From positions 1,093,691-1,157,690 of the forward strand of contig CP010425.1 in the NCBI GenBank assembly GCA_000830295.1: a DNA stretch of 64,000 nucleotides. The letters are read 5' to 3'. Positions 46,721 to 56,466 of this stretch are shown piece by piece (the first letter of the stretch is position 1; each line of letters begins with the position of its first letter). Source of the DNA: an archaeon GW2011_AR15. Lineage in GTDB: Archaea > Nanobdellota > Nanobdellia > Woesearchaeales > GW2011-AR15. The notes below the pieces were generated by a model that saw only the letters and a program-made list of their open reading frames with translations, did not search any database and had not been told where the DNA came from. The position numbers were made by a program, and so were the translations under genes.

Positions 46721-48544
46721 ATGGGGGATAAACTAATAGTCAAGAAAGGGGCAGAAAAACTACCGGAGCCCCCTAAATTTGATGCTGAGGACTTGCCGCC
46801 TCCGCCGGATTTCTCAGAGATGGGAGAACCTCCAGTATCGAGTTCTGTTGAAACATTCCCGGGAGCAGAAAATTCAGAGACAATAGAAGAGGCTGCAGGA
46901 TTGCCTGAACTGCCAAAGGCAGAGGACAGTCCTTTGCCGCAGGATATGGTCTTCGGAGCGCTGCCAAAAAAAGAAAAAGCTTCTCCTGACAAGATACTTG
47001 ACAATATTGTTGAAAAGAGCAGCGGGTTGTTCTCAAAAATATTCAGAAAAAAATCAAAAGATGCGCAGGCATCCTTGCCGGGCCTTAACCTTGAAGCTCC
47101 TCCAAGCTTTGACGTGCCTGGTAGCAGTGCATCCGGGGAAGAACCTGGTTGGATGGAAGAAGGAAAGAAATTCAGGGAAGAGGAAATGGCTGCTGAAGGC
47201 GAGTCTTTCAGAGAGAATGAAATGGAAGAAGAGGGGGAGAGCTACCTTGCAAAGACAACCCCGCTTACTGAAGTGAAAGGCATCGGCCCGAAGATTGAGA
47301 AAAAGCTGAAAAAAGCAGGCATAAAGAGCGCAGAGCATCTTGCAGCCCATGACCATGTGCATATTGCAAAAAAAGCAAAGATACCTATAAGCCAGGCTAA
47401 AAAAATAGTCAGCCATGCAAAGAAGATAACTTCCTCAAAGGCGCAAAGGAGAGAGTCAATTTCCGATATTATAAAAGGGCTGGAAGAAGAAAAGAAAACT
47501 CTTGAGAGCGCAAAAGATTCTGAATTCAGGGGCGAGAAAATTGTTGACCTTGAAGGCCATAATGAGGTAGTCCAGGTTCTGGAAAGGCTTGAAAGCAAGA
47601 GAAATGAGCTCCTGAATATGCAGAAAAAGCTTGAGGAAAAAGAGAAGAAGCTGCAGGGGCATGATGACGTCTACAGGAGAGACATGGATTATGTCGACAA
47701 GATGAAAAGGAACGTTGATCATGATATAAGGGAAAGGACTGGCCACCTTATAGAGCTTGAAAGGGAATATTTCCAGAAGGCCCAGACACTGGCAAAGGAG
47801 AGGGCGGAGATTGAGGTGCTTTCAAAAAAGCTTGACGAAAAGGAGAAAACACTGAAAGATAAAGAGAACGAGCTAAAGAAAGAGCTGAATGACCTTGAGG
47901 ACAGGGAGATAACTGTCAGCACAAAAGAGAAGAAGTTCCAGAAGATAATGGAAGAAATAGAGAAGCACAATCATATACTGAAAGAGAAAGAAGACGACCT
48001 TGAGAAGAGGGAAGCTGAATACATGAAAAAGCTTGATATACTTGAAAACCACGAGAGGAATATACTAAAAAATCTCGAGAATAAAAGAGTATCTCTTGAA
48101 AAGAAAGAAAAAGAAGTGAAGCTGAGAGAAGAGCAGATTTACAAGAGACAGAGAAATGTTGACAAGAAAAGTGTGGCAGTTGAATACGCCAAGAACATAA
48201 TTGAAGAAGAGAAAGGCAAGCTTGTTGATGATGAGTTCAGCCACTATGTGCATGACCAGGTGAACAGGCCCGGCTCCGGCGTGAATTACAGCGATGTTAA
48301 GCTTATGAACAGCCTGAATGTTGCAGATGTTGAAAAAGGGACAAAATCAATCTACCAGCTTGCAGATGAGATAAAAAGGATGCTGGGCAGCAACAGGGTT
48401 GAAGAGGCTAAGATATATTACAACCAGCTGAGGGAAAGGTATTACGATACTAAATTCTCAAACCAGCAGGAGCAGGAAGCTGTGCATAATCTTATAAGGA
48501 CATTGTATGACGATATCAACCTTGCTGATATAGGCAGGAGATAA
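46721..48544 (+). CDS. Coiled-coil protein with a helix-hairpin-helix domain and Pro-rich acidic N-terminus
   Basis: LTEVKGIGPKIEKKLKKAGI HhH; long E/K heptad region. Confidence 0.75.
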   Translation: MGDKLIVKKGAEKLPEPPKFDAEDLPPPPDFSEMGEPPVSSSVETFPGAENSETIEEAAGLPELPKAEDSPLPQDMVFGALPKKEKASPDKILDNIVEKSSGLFSKIFRKKSKDAQASLPGLNLEAPPSFDVPGSSASGEEPGWMEEGKKFREEEMAAEGESFRENEMEEEGESYLAKTTPLTEVKGIGPKIEKKLKKAGIKSAEHLAAHDHVHIAKKAKIPISQAKKIVSHAKKITSSKAQRRESISDIIKGLEEEKKTLESAKDSEFRGEKIVDLEGHNEVVQVLERLESKRNELLNMQKKLEEKEKKLQGHDDVYRRDMDYVDKMKRNVDHDIRERTGHLIELEREYFQKAQTLAKERAEIEVLSKKLDEKEKTLKDKENELKKELNDLEDREITVSTKEKKFQKIMEEIEKHNHILKEKEDDLEKREAEYMKKLDILENHERNILKNLENKRVSLEKKEKEVKLREEQIYKRQRNVDKKSVAVEYAKNIIEEEKGKLVDDEFSHYVHDQVNRPGSGVNYSDVKLMNSLNVADVEKGTKSIYQLADEIKRMLGSNRVEEAKIYYNQLRERYYDTKFSNQQEQEAVHNLIRTLYDDINLADIGRR

Positions 48545-49601
48545 TATTCTGTTTAGTTTTGAATTTCACATCCAGGAATTTTTCAATGACATGCATGTTT
48601 GTCTTTGCGTGCTCTGTGATTTCAGAAACCTTTATTTCTCCTCCTGAAAATGCCAGATAGGGAAGCAGCTGGTCTGCAAGGTATTTATCGACTGGAGCAT
48701 TGCTGTCAATCTGCCTGGCCAGCCTCTCTGCCGCCTCCATGCCTACGTTCTCTGCTTTTTTCCCGCGCTCACCGAGGGAATCTGCACCAAGTATAACTGG
48801 ATCTGAAAAATCCATCTCATCCCTGTCAGAAAACATTGCCCACAATGTTATGCCTGAACCGGCTGAAAGCGTGTCAGAATACTGCACGCTTATCTTTGCT
48901 GATGCATCATATTTCCCAAGCAGAAATTTCGCTGATTTTGCCTGCCTTTCCGCAACATTCGCCTTCATGAGGTCCTTTGAAGCGTGGCTTACCCCGAACA
49001 CTGCAACGAGCCTGCTCTGCTCTGTAATTTTTATTGGATTTCCTCTCAGCTGAGAGAGAATTTCTGAAAACCCTTTTTTTCCTAATTCATGTTTTGGGGC
49101 CAGCCTTATTGTTAAGCGGCCGCCCCCTTTCGGATAATATCCCCTTTTTTCCAGAGTAATTTCAAAGTCCGCATATCTCCTGAGATGGGGAACAAGGACA
49201 TTGATAAAATAATCAACAGGCATACTGTGCTCTGTATCTGTGCCACCTTTAACCTGTATCTTCATTTTCCTGTCTGCAAAAAGGCATACAGGAAGCACTG
49301 CCTGGAGCAGCAATGTTATTGAGCCTGCTGTGCCTATGTCAATATTCAGGTTTCTGAAGTCTATTTTTTCTGGATAATACTCAAGAAAGCCGCTGCCTGG
49401 CTCAGCTCCTTTTACCTCTGCATTGCACATCCCTGCAAGGGTTTTTATTGCTGTAAGGTGCTGGTTTTTTAATCCGGATTTAGGCCTGCCTTTCCTTATG
49501 TCCTTTACTTTAAATGGCCTGCCTGTCAGTGTGGAGAGTGCAAGCGCTGTCCTCACTATCTGGCCGCCGCCCTCAAGATATGAGCCGTCTATCTCAATCA
49601 T
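48516..49601 (-). CDS. rtcA: RNA 3'-terminal phosphate cyclase
   Basis: DGSYLEGGGQIVR, RGYYPKGGG, DKYLADQL, TEHAKTN. Confidence 0.95.
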   Translation of the reverse strand: MIEIDGSYLEGGGQIVRTALALSTLTGRPFKVKDIRKGRPKSGLKNQHLTAIKTLAGMCNAEVKGAEPGSGFLEYYPEKIDFRNLNIDIGTAGSITLLLQAVLPVCLFADRKMKIQVKGGTDTEHSMPVDYFINVLVPHLRRYADFEITLEKRGYYPKGGGRLTIRLAPKHELGKKGFSEILSQLRGNPIKITEQSRLVAVFGVSHASKDLMKANVAERQAKSAKFLLGKYDASAKISVQYSDTLSAGSGITLWAMFSDRDEMDFSDPVILGADSLGERGKKAENVGMEAAERLARQIDSNAPVDKYLADQLLPYLAFSGGEIKVSEITEHAKTNMHVIEKFLDVKFKTKQNIISCLYQQG

Positions 49602-49675
49602 GAATGATGGTAGGCGGTTTCCAGTTATTAAGCATTTCCAAAAAATTTATAACCCGTGCAGGATATTCATGGTCC

Positions 49676-50212
49676 ATGAATCCAAAGGAGATTGCAATTA
49701 CATTTGCCGTTGCTGTGCTTTTTACCATGTTTGTGATAGTTACTGTAGATGCTTTCTATCCAAAGCCCGAGATTGATGATTTCTGCAATAGCCAAAGGCC
49801 CTTTCTCAGCCCTGTAAAAACTGATGAACAGTGCAACATAACACTAACAGAGCAGGAGAATGAGTGCTATGACAGCGGTGGAAGCCCAGAATACGGCGTT
49901 GATGCTGAAGGGTGCAGGACATTCGAGATGTGCAATTTCTGTTATTCAGAATTCGACAAGGCAGACAAAGGCTATTCCAATAATCTGTTTCTCGTGCTTG
50001 CCCCTCTTGGTGCGCTTGCAATAATCTTCGGGGTGTATTTCAGGCCTGAATTCATCGGCTCTGGCTTTATGTACTCTGGAATCATAATAATGGTCTATGG
50101 GACTATCCGGAATTTCGGAGAGCTGAACAGATACCTGAAATCACTGATCTTATTGCTGGAGCTTGCTCTTGTGCTGTTTATAGCATATAAGAAGATAATA
50201 AACAAGAAATGA
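49676..50212 (+). CDS. Membrane protein with a Cys-containing extracellular loop
   Basis: TM, loop with six Cys, three more TMs; start at ATG 49676. Confidence 0.7.
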   Translation: MNPKEIAITFAVAVLFTMFVIVTVDAFYPKPEIDDFCNSQRPFLSPVKTDEQCNITLTEQENECYDSGGSPEYGVDAEGCRTFEMCNFCYSEFDKADKGYSNNLFLVLAPLGALAIIFGVYFRPEFIGSGFMYSGIIIMVYGTIRNFGELNRYLKSLILLLELALVLFIAYKKIINKK

Positions 50213-51022
50213 TTACTTATACTCTTCAATAAATCTTCTCAGCCTTTTGATGTACTCCTCAGCTTCAGCGAAATACCTGTCGTAATCCTTTCCGCTTATT
50301 TCTTTTATCTCCCTGTACTCCACTTTCTTGCTGAGGTCATAGAATTTCTTTGCTGTATTTGCATACTTCTTCTCAATAAGGCCTGCCTTTACAAGCTTTT
50401 CATTTATCATATCTGCAACGTGGGCAGGCGAAGGGGGTATCTCATTTATTCTCATGAGCGCTGCATGGCTTGCATCAATGACTGCCCAGTAAAGGTCCAT
50501 CACTGCTGAGATCATCCTGAACTTTGAGCCATGGAGGGTCTGGGAGCTTTTTGAGTAGTAGTTCCAGACTGATTCCTGGGAAGGCCTTATCCTTCCCTGG
50601 TAAAGCAATAGCTGCAGCGGCCTGAAGAACTCCCTGTCTGCTATAGGCACGCCGTCCCTAAGTATGTTGATGGCAATAGGGTCTCCGCTTCTTACAAATT
50701 CCCAGAATGATGTATATTTGAATGTTGTTACATGCAGCCTCTTTGAAATTTTCCCGACAAGGTTCTGCACTATTATCCTGTATGTCTGCACAAACTCCCT
50801 GCTGACAAATATGCTGACATCATCAATTATGACCAGGATATCAATATCGTGCGCCTCTTTGCTCTTTCTTGCCCTGCTGCCGAAAAGTATTATCCCCTTT
50901 ACGAAGTTTCCCATCTCTCTTGTAAGCTCTGCTGAGAACCTGTAGGCGTGCTTGAGATCATCATCCGGATACTGGCTCTTGTTCCTGTTGTCAAGATCCT
51001 TCTCCTTTATTTCAGCTTCCAT
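50213..51022 (-). CDS. Minimal nucleotidyltransferase fused to a HEPN-like domain
   Basis: ILFGSRAR...HDIDILVIIDD; helical C-terminus LYWAVIDASHAALM; start ATG 51022 with GAGGA SD. Confidence 0.8.
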   Translation of the reverse strand: MEAEIKEKDLDNRNKSQYPDDDLKHAYRFSAELTREMGNFVKGIILFGSRARKSKEAHDIDILVIIDDVSIFVSREFVQTYRIIVQNLVGKISKRLHVTTFKYTSFWEFVRSGDPIAINILRDGVPIADREFFRPLQLLLYQGRIRPSQESVWNYYSKSSQTLHGSKFRMISAVMDLYWAVIDASHAALMRINEIPPSPAHVADMINEKLVKAGLIEKKYANTAKKFYDLSKKVEYREIKEISGKDYDRYFAEAEEYIKRLRRFIEEYK

Positions 51023-51065
51023 TATGTTTCTCCTCTTGTTTTTGAGTTTATTAATCTTTTGATTT

Positions 51066-53078
51066 CTATTCCAGTGACAATCCTGAATAGAATGGTGAGC
51101 CCTTGTACTCCTCGCTTGGCGCCATGTCTCCCACCAGGTATCTTGGGCCTTCTGTTCTTCCGAAATAGCTCCTGTAGACATCTCCCCATGCTGGCCTTGC
51201 GCTCGGGTCTGTCCAGTTGTCATGCGTAAAGCCTGCAACATGTATGCCGTAGACCGGGCTGTTGAAATGCATCCATGTATCCGGCAGGCTTGTCAGAGGG
51301 TTGAAAGAACCGGACTCAACTATGAATTCGCTCATGCCTGCTTTTTTTGCCTGCTCGACAAACTCTTTTATCGGTGCATTGCCGTCCCCTGCAGTAAGAT
51401 GCTCATCATGAAAGCCGTAGTTGTCGCTTATGTGGATGTGGCCTACAATCCCGTCCTTTATCAGCCCCTGTGTCTTGTCCAGCAGCCATTTGTTGAACCT
51501 CTTGTCCCTGTCTTCAAGGGATTCTCCTTCCTTGCTCTTGAAATATTTCCTCCATATGTTGATATGCCCTATATCAAAAGTCGCCTTTATGTGCTTTTCA
51601 GCCAGCTTCTTTGCCTCTTCTTCATTCTTTCCGTATTTGGACTTCAGCTCTTTTGCCATGGCTGCCCTTCCGTCCTGCACCAGTTTCCTCAGCTCATCCG
51701 GATGGCTCCCATACATCTCGGGGAACAGGTTTTCAGGGGCAAGGTAAAGATCATTTTTCAGCTTCATGGGTGTGTCTCCCTGCTGCTTCTTTGCTTTTTC
51801 AGACATCTGCCATGTGTAAATCCCAAGGTCTGCCATTGACTTTGAGCTTTCTTCAACTGCAAAATCTGATGCGGGTTTTAGCCTCTCAACCATCTCAAGA
51901 GTCTCCATTGACTGCCTCTTGCCCATTATATCATACTCAGTATGCCTCTGTATATTCCTGTCCACCTGTGAAACCATCTCTTCAAGATATTCGACGGGGT
52001 CTACTACATTAGGAGGGATAAACAGCCCCACTTGCGTCTCGCGCTGGACCTGCCACCAGTCTTTTTCAGGCACTCTTTTTTTCAGGTCCCTGTAAAACAC
52101 CAGTGCTTTCTGGATCTTTTCCCTTTCCTCAAGCATTTTCTCATAAGCCCCTTTATGGAACCTGCCGAAGTTTATGTAATACTGGACCTGATTGAGGGCC
52201 TGGGTCCTGTAGAAATCCTTAAAGTATTCTGATTCACTCCGGGGGACTGACTGGCCTGCTGCCTCATATTCCTTTTTTCTGTGCCCAACCCAGTCATTGT
52301 ATTTCATAAGGTTGACTTTGACTGTGCCGTCTTTTTCCAGTTCATACACTGGCGTCTTCCCTTTGTGCACGTGGTCATATTTTTTCAATGACTCATCCAC
52401 AATATAATTGCCGTTTTCATCTTTCAGGTAGACGAACCTGCCGCTCTCTCTTTTTATTATCGGCACCGGTATAAGGTCGTTTCTTTTTACGCCCACTACT
52501 CTCTTTGTCAGCGGGTCTGCGAGGAAGAACTGCTCCCTTTCTTTTTCTTCAGGGTACATCTCAAACAGCTTATCGCCGTTTCTTGCATTGTCCGGAAGCT
52601 GGGAGTAGAATGACCTTGGAGCCTCTCCTGTATGGAAAACTATTGCTCCTCCTGTTGTTGCCTCTGCTGCGAAATGGACTGCTCGCTTTATCTCATCGAT
52701 TGCGTGCTTCCTCTGCTCATCTGAAAATGCCTGCTGCCTCATATCCAGCCCTGAAAGCCCCTGGACGCCGACTGTTGCGTGCGTCGTTGTCTCTACCTTG
52801 TTGAACTCTGCCAGCTCTCTCATATCCCTCCTTTCCCTCTTACCGAATGTTTCCGGAGTTGGGTTTTCTTTCCTGCCCTTTTCAGTGCCGAAAAAAGTCA
52901 TTTCCACCCTGTTGGCTCCGTGAAAAATCCTTGCCTTAAGCGCATCTGTCTGGTGCTGGAACGGGTTGGAGGTTGTTCCGATCTCCTCAATCCCGACATC
53001 CATGGCCCTGTCTATCTCTTTCATCTCCCTGCTTTGCGGAGCCATTTCCCTGTCCATGTTAGTGTAATATTCATTCAT
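51066..53078 (-). CDS. Xylose isomerase/AP endonuclease 2-type TIM barrel with a large insertion
   Basis: TTHA, IVFHTGE, LAPEN, TFDIGH, HIHISDNYGFHDEHL-GDG, VE. Confidence 0.8.
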   Translation of the reverse strand: MNEYYTNMDREMAPQSREMKEIDRAMDVGIEEIGTTSNPFQHQTDALKARIFHGANRVEMTFFGTEKGRKENPTPETFGKRERRDMRELAEFNKVETTTHATVGVQGLSGLDMRQQAFSDEQRKHAIDEIKRAVHFAAEATTGGAIVFHTGEAPRSFYSQLPDNARNGDKLFEMYPEEKEREQFFLADPLTKRVVGVKRNDLIPVPIIKRESGRFVYLKDENGNYIVDESLKKYDHVHKGKTPVYELEKDGTVKVNLMKYNDWVGHRKKEYEAAGQSVPRSESEYFKDFYRTQALNQVQYYINFGRFHKGAYEKMLEEREKIQKALVFYRDLKKRVPEKDWWQVQRETQVGLFIPPNVVDPVEYLEEMVSQVDRNIQRHTEYDIMGKRQSMETLEMVERLKPASDFAVEESSKSMADLGIYTWQMSEKAKKQQGDTPMKLKNDLYLAPENLFPEMYGSHPDELRKLVQDGRAAMAKELKSKYGKNEEEAKKLAEKHIKATFDIGHINIWRKYFKSKEGESLEDRDKRFNKWLLDKTQGLIKDGIVGHIHISDNYGFHDEHLTAGDGNAPIKEFVEQAKKAGMSEFIVESGSFNPLTSLPDTWMHFNSPVYGIHVAGFTHDNWTDPSARPAWGDVYRSYFGRTEGPRYLVGDMAPSEEYKGSPFYSGLSLE

Positions 53079-53085
53079 TTTTTAC

Positions 53086-54792
53086 CTACTGCCCAGGATC
53101 AATCCAGTACAGGTTGCCGCCCGGGCCCATCTTATATCTCATGTATCCTTCAAAGCACGCCTCAACTGCAAAATGCTCTGCCCTGTGATGGATTTTATGG
53201 TGCTTGAATGCCTCTTTTGCATCAGGCTTCTTATGGCCGTGGCCTCCGTCATGGTCGTCTTTTTTCTCTTTTTTTGCCGGGCTGCCTGTAAATCCCTTTG
53301 CTATATCCCCGAATCCCCTGAATATTGAGACAAAGGGGTCAAGCACATCAGGGAGTTTCATGCCCTCTTTCTCATGCTTGTAGTGCTCTTCCTCATCCCC
53401 CGGGAAATGCAAAGTTGGGTCTGCCTCTTTCAGGTATTTTTTCAGGTCATCTCCAAGTGCATTCATTGCTGCCTCAACAGAGCCGTCTATGGCACTCATA
53501 AGGTCAATCTCATCATCCTGCCTGTATTTCTTGTAGTTCTCAATCTGCTCATGGTCCCATGCATAAGCCCTCAAAGTGATATCTGCCATTCCTGCATATA
53601 TCGGGCCCTTGTGCTGGTATTCATAGCTGTGGAAAGAAAGCTCGGGCTTTACCCTGAAGAAAAGGTGCATTGAGACAACAGCAGCAGAATGCCCCTGTTT
53701 CCCGCCTGCCCCGAAATCATCCCTTATGAAGAGAAGCTCAAGCTCTATTATCTGCGACTCGAATGCATTTATTATCTCTGCCCTCTCCATGTTCTTCTCA
53801 TAGAGCTGCAGCCTTCTTGCATTTCTTAAATACGGCTTTACCCATGCCATGTACATCTTGATAGTATCATAATGCTGCTTGAAGTATTTTATTTCAAAGT
53901 CCCTCCTTACTTCCAGCTCCTTTTTTGTCCTCCATTTCCACTCGTAATACTGCCTCAGCTTTCTCTTCAGGACTTCCTTGATTTTCTCATTGAATTTTAT
54001 GGCATCAACCTCTTTCTCCAGGCTTTTCCTGTCTTTTATCTGTATCCTGAAGAACAAATCAGGAAGTATGGTGAACCCCATTGTTGCAGAAAGCCCGTAT
54101 ATTGAGCCGGGGTTCTTGGAGCCGCCTTCAACCTGGTCAACCCACAATCCTTTCAGGACAATCTCTGAGCTTAATGCATTTTCAGGAAAGCCTTTTTTAT
54201 CCCCGTCGCTGTCATAATAATACTGGAGCCTCTCATCTATGATCCTCAGCTCCCTTACCATCTGGAACAGTCCCTTTATCATGTCGCTTATTCCTTTCAG
54301 GTATTGCGATGCCTGCCCCTGCTGCGCCCCCAGCCTGGTCTGCATGTTTCCGAATGTGCTGGATGCAACGCTTGATGCATGCGTGTCAATTACTTTGTCC
54401 ACTCTTTCAAATCCCCATGACTCATTGAAATAACGCAGGAACCAGTAATATGTCTGCTCTATGTTGAATTCCGGGTATTCAAGAACCAGCCTGAATCTTC
54501 TTGCAGGATCCGGAAATTCTGTAGGCACTATCCTGTGCTGGAATTTCTCGAATGATTCCTGGTCTGCATCATCAGCTTTAAGCTCTCCTGCCTTGATAAG
54601 GTCTCCTTTTACAGGATTTTTTGCGTTTACAAATCCGTATTTCCTCAGGCGTGACTGCACCGGGTCTCCCCCTGAAGTAACTCCTGTCTTTTTATCCAGC
54701 TCATACTCGAGGTGGTGTATCTCTTTCCTCAAGTCTTCAGAAGTCTTCTCTTTTTTCTTCTTTTTCTGCAGGAAGGGTATCTTGAGTTCCAT
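53086..54792 (-). CDS. Conserved hypothetical protein with His-rich C-terminus
   Basis: 568-aa ORF co-oriented with the TIM barrel gene (7-bp gap). Confidence 0.75.
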   Translation of the reverse strand: MELKIPFLQKKKKKEKTSEDLRKEIHHLEYELDKKTGVTSGGDPVQSRLRKYGFVNAKNPVKGDLIKAGELKADDADQESFEKFQHRIVPTEFPDPARRFRLVLEYPEFNIEQTYYWFLRYFNESWGFERVDKVIDTHASSVASSTFGNMQTRLGAQQGQASQYLKGISDMIKGLFQMVRELRIIDERLQYYYDSDGDKKGFPENALSSEIVLKGLWVDQVEGGSKNPGSIYGLSATMGFTILPDLFFRIQIKDRKSLEKEVDAIKFNEKIKEVLKRKLRQYYEWKWRTKKELEVRRDFEIKYFKQHYDTIKMYMAWVKPYLRNARRLQLYEKNMERAEIINAFESQIIELELLFIRDDFGAGGKQGHSAAVVSMHLFFRVKPELSFHSYEYQHKGPIYAGMADITLRAYAWDHEQIENYKKYRQDDEIDLMSAIDGSVEAAMNALGDDLKKYLKEADPTLHFPGDEEEHYKHEKEGMKLPDVLDPFVSIFRGFGDIAKGFTGSPAKKEKKDDHDGGHGHKKPDAKEAFKHHKIHHRAEHFAVEACFEGYMRYKMGPGGNLYWIDPGQ

Positions 54793-54923
54793 TTTAGCCT
54801 TATAGCTCTAAATAATATACTAATTTCTATACTAACATATTGTTTTGGATATAAATAGTTTTCTATTTGCTGCCCTGCTCAGCATACAAACATATAAAAA
54901 TAATCGTGATTTAGCTAATCCCC

Positions 54924-56456
54924 ATGGATATGCTTGAGCTGTCAAGGAAACTTCACCCCCTTGAAAGGAAAGTTCTCCCCAATCTTGAAAAAACCATTTC
55001 TTTTGAGCAGCTTGTCGAGAAGTGCGGCATGCAGGAAGTAGAGGTTATGAGGGCAGTCCAGTGGATGGAGAACAAGGGGATTGTCACAGTAAAGAAAGAG
55101 GAAAAAGAGATTATATCTCTTGACAGGAACGGGCTTGACTACAAGAAAAACGGGCTGCCTGAAAAAAGATTTCTGGATGCTGTAAAGGACAAGGCGCTTT
55201 CGCTTGCTGAAATAGGGAAGAAGGCAGGCCTTGACCAGAATGAATTGAGTATCTCTATGGGGCTTCTGAGGAAAAAAAATGCAATTGATGTAAAGAAAGA
55301 CAAAGAGCTCATTGTAAGCATATCAAAAGAAGGAAAAGAGTTCCTCAAAAAAGAGACAGCTGAAGAAAAGTTCCTGGACCTGCACTTCCCGGTTGAGGAA
55401 TCAAAGCTTGAAAAGGACCAGAAGGCTGTATTTGACGAATTCATGAAAAGAAAGGAGATTGTCAAAAAAGACAGGAGGGCCATGAGGGAGATTTCATTGA
55501 CAGGGACAGGAGAAAAGCTCTCAAAGCTCAAGATTTCTGATAATGTTGCAGACAAGCTGACATCAAAAATGCTGAAAGAGGGATCGTGGCAGAAAAAAGA
55601 GTTCAGGAAATACGATGTCGAGATCAATGTGCCAAAAATATCAGGAGGAAAAAGGCATTTCACCAACCAGGCGGTTGAATACATAAAAAATATCTGGCTG
55701 GACCTTGGATTCAGGGAGATGACCGGAAACATGGTGCAGACAAGCTTCTGGGACCTTGATGCCCTCTTTGTTCCTCAGGACCATCCTGCAAGGGATATGC
55801 AGGACACATTCTACCTGAAAACCCCGAAAAAAGGAAAGCTGCCGGACGCACGGTTTGTGAAAAGAGTGAAGGCAACCCATGAGAACGGCTGGACAACAGG
55901 CTCGCAGGGATGGAAATCTGCATGGGATGCTGAGAAAGCAAAGGAGAACCTTCTGAGGACGCATACAACCGTATTAAGTGCGCAGACAATTGCCTCACTG
56001 AAAAAAGAAGACCTGCCTGCCAAGTTTTTCGCAGTGGGAAAATGCTTCAGGAACGAAACAATGGACTGGAAGCACTTATTTGAGTTCTACCAGGTTGAGG
56101 GGATTGTTGTTGACCCTGATGCAAATTTCAGGAATCTCCTGGGCTACCTTAAAGAATTTTTCAGGAAAATGGGCTACCCTGATGTCAGGATAAGGCCCGG
56201 CCATTTCCCCTATACAGAGCCTTCTGCTGAAGTGGATGTGTGGCATCCTGTAAAAAAAGAGTGGGTTGAGCTTGGGGGAAGCGGGATTTTCAGGCCGGAA
56301 GTAACAAAACCCCTCTTCGGCACAGAAGTCCCTGTCCTCGCATGGGGGCTTGGGCTTGACAGGATAATAAAGGAAAACTGGAATATAAAAGACATAAGAG
56401 AGCTTTACAAGAATGACCTTAAGCAGCTAAGGGAAATGAAGATATGGCTGAAATAG
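54924..56456 (+). CDS. pheS: Phenylalanyl-tRNA synthetase alpha subunit
   Basis: PQDHPARDMQDTF, LRTHTT, FPYTEPS, AWGLGLDR. Confidence 0.97.
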   Translation: MDMLELSRKLHPLERKVLPNLEKTISFEQLVEKCGMQEVEVMRAVQWMENKGIVTVKKEEKEIISLDRNGLDYKKNGLPEKRFLDAVKDKALSLAEIGKKAGLDQNELSISMGLLRKKNAIDVKKDKELIVSISKEGKEFLKKETAEEKFLDLHFPVEESKLEKDQKAVFDEFMKRKEIVKKDRRAMREISLTGTGEKLSKLKISDNVADKLTSKMLKEGSWQKKEFRKYDVEINVPKISGGKRHFTNQAVEYIKNIWLDLGFREMTGNMVQTSFWDLDALFVPQDHPARDMQDTFYLKTPKKGKLPDARFVKRVKATHENGWTTGSQGWKSAWDAEKAKENLLRTHTTVLSAQTIASLKKEDLPAKFFAVGKCFRNETMDWKHLFEFYQVEGIVVDPDANFRNLLGYLKEFFRKMGYPDVRIRPGHFPYTEPSAEVDVWHPVKKEWVELGGSGIFRPEVTKPLFGTEVPVLAWGLGLDRIIKENWNIKDIRELYKNDLKQLREMKIWLK

Positions 56457-56466
56457 ATGGTGAAAA

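Noticed and set aside
50213-51241. ORF-track N-terminal extensions (NTase to 51241, eif2g from 9998, E1 from 19057, proA from 43906)
   Set aside because: They overlap neighbouring genes or promoters; downstream ATGs have proper SD/TATA spacing or stop-start coupling
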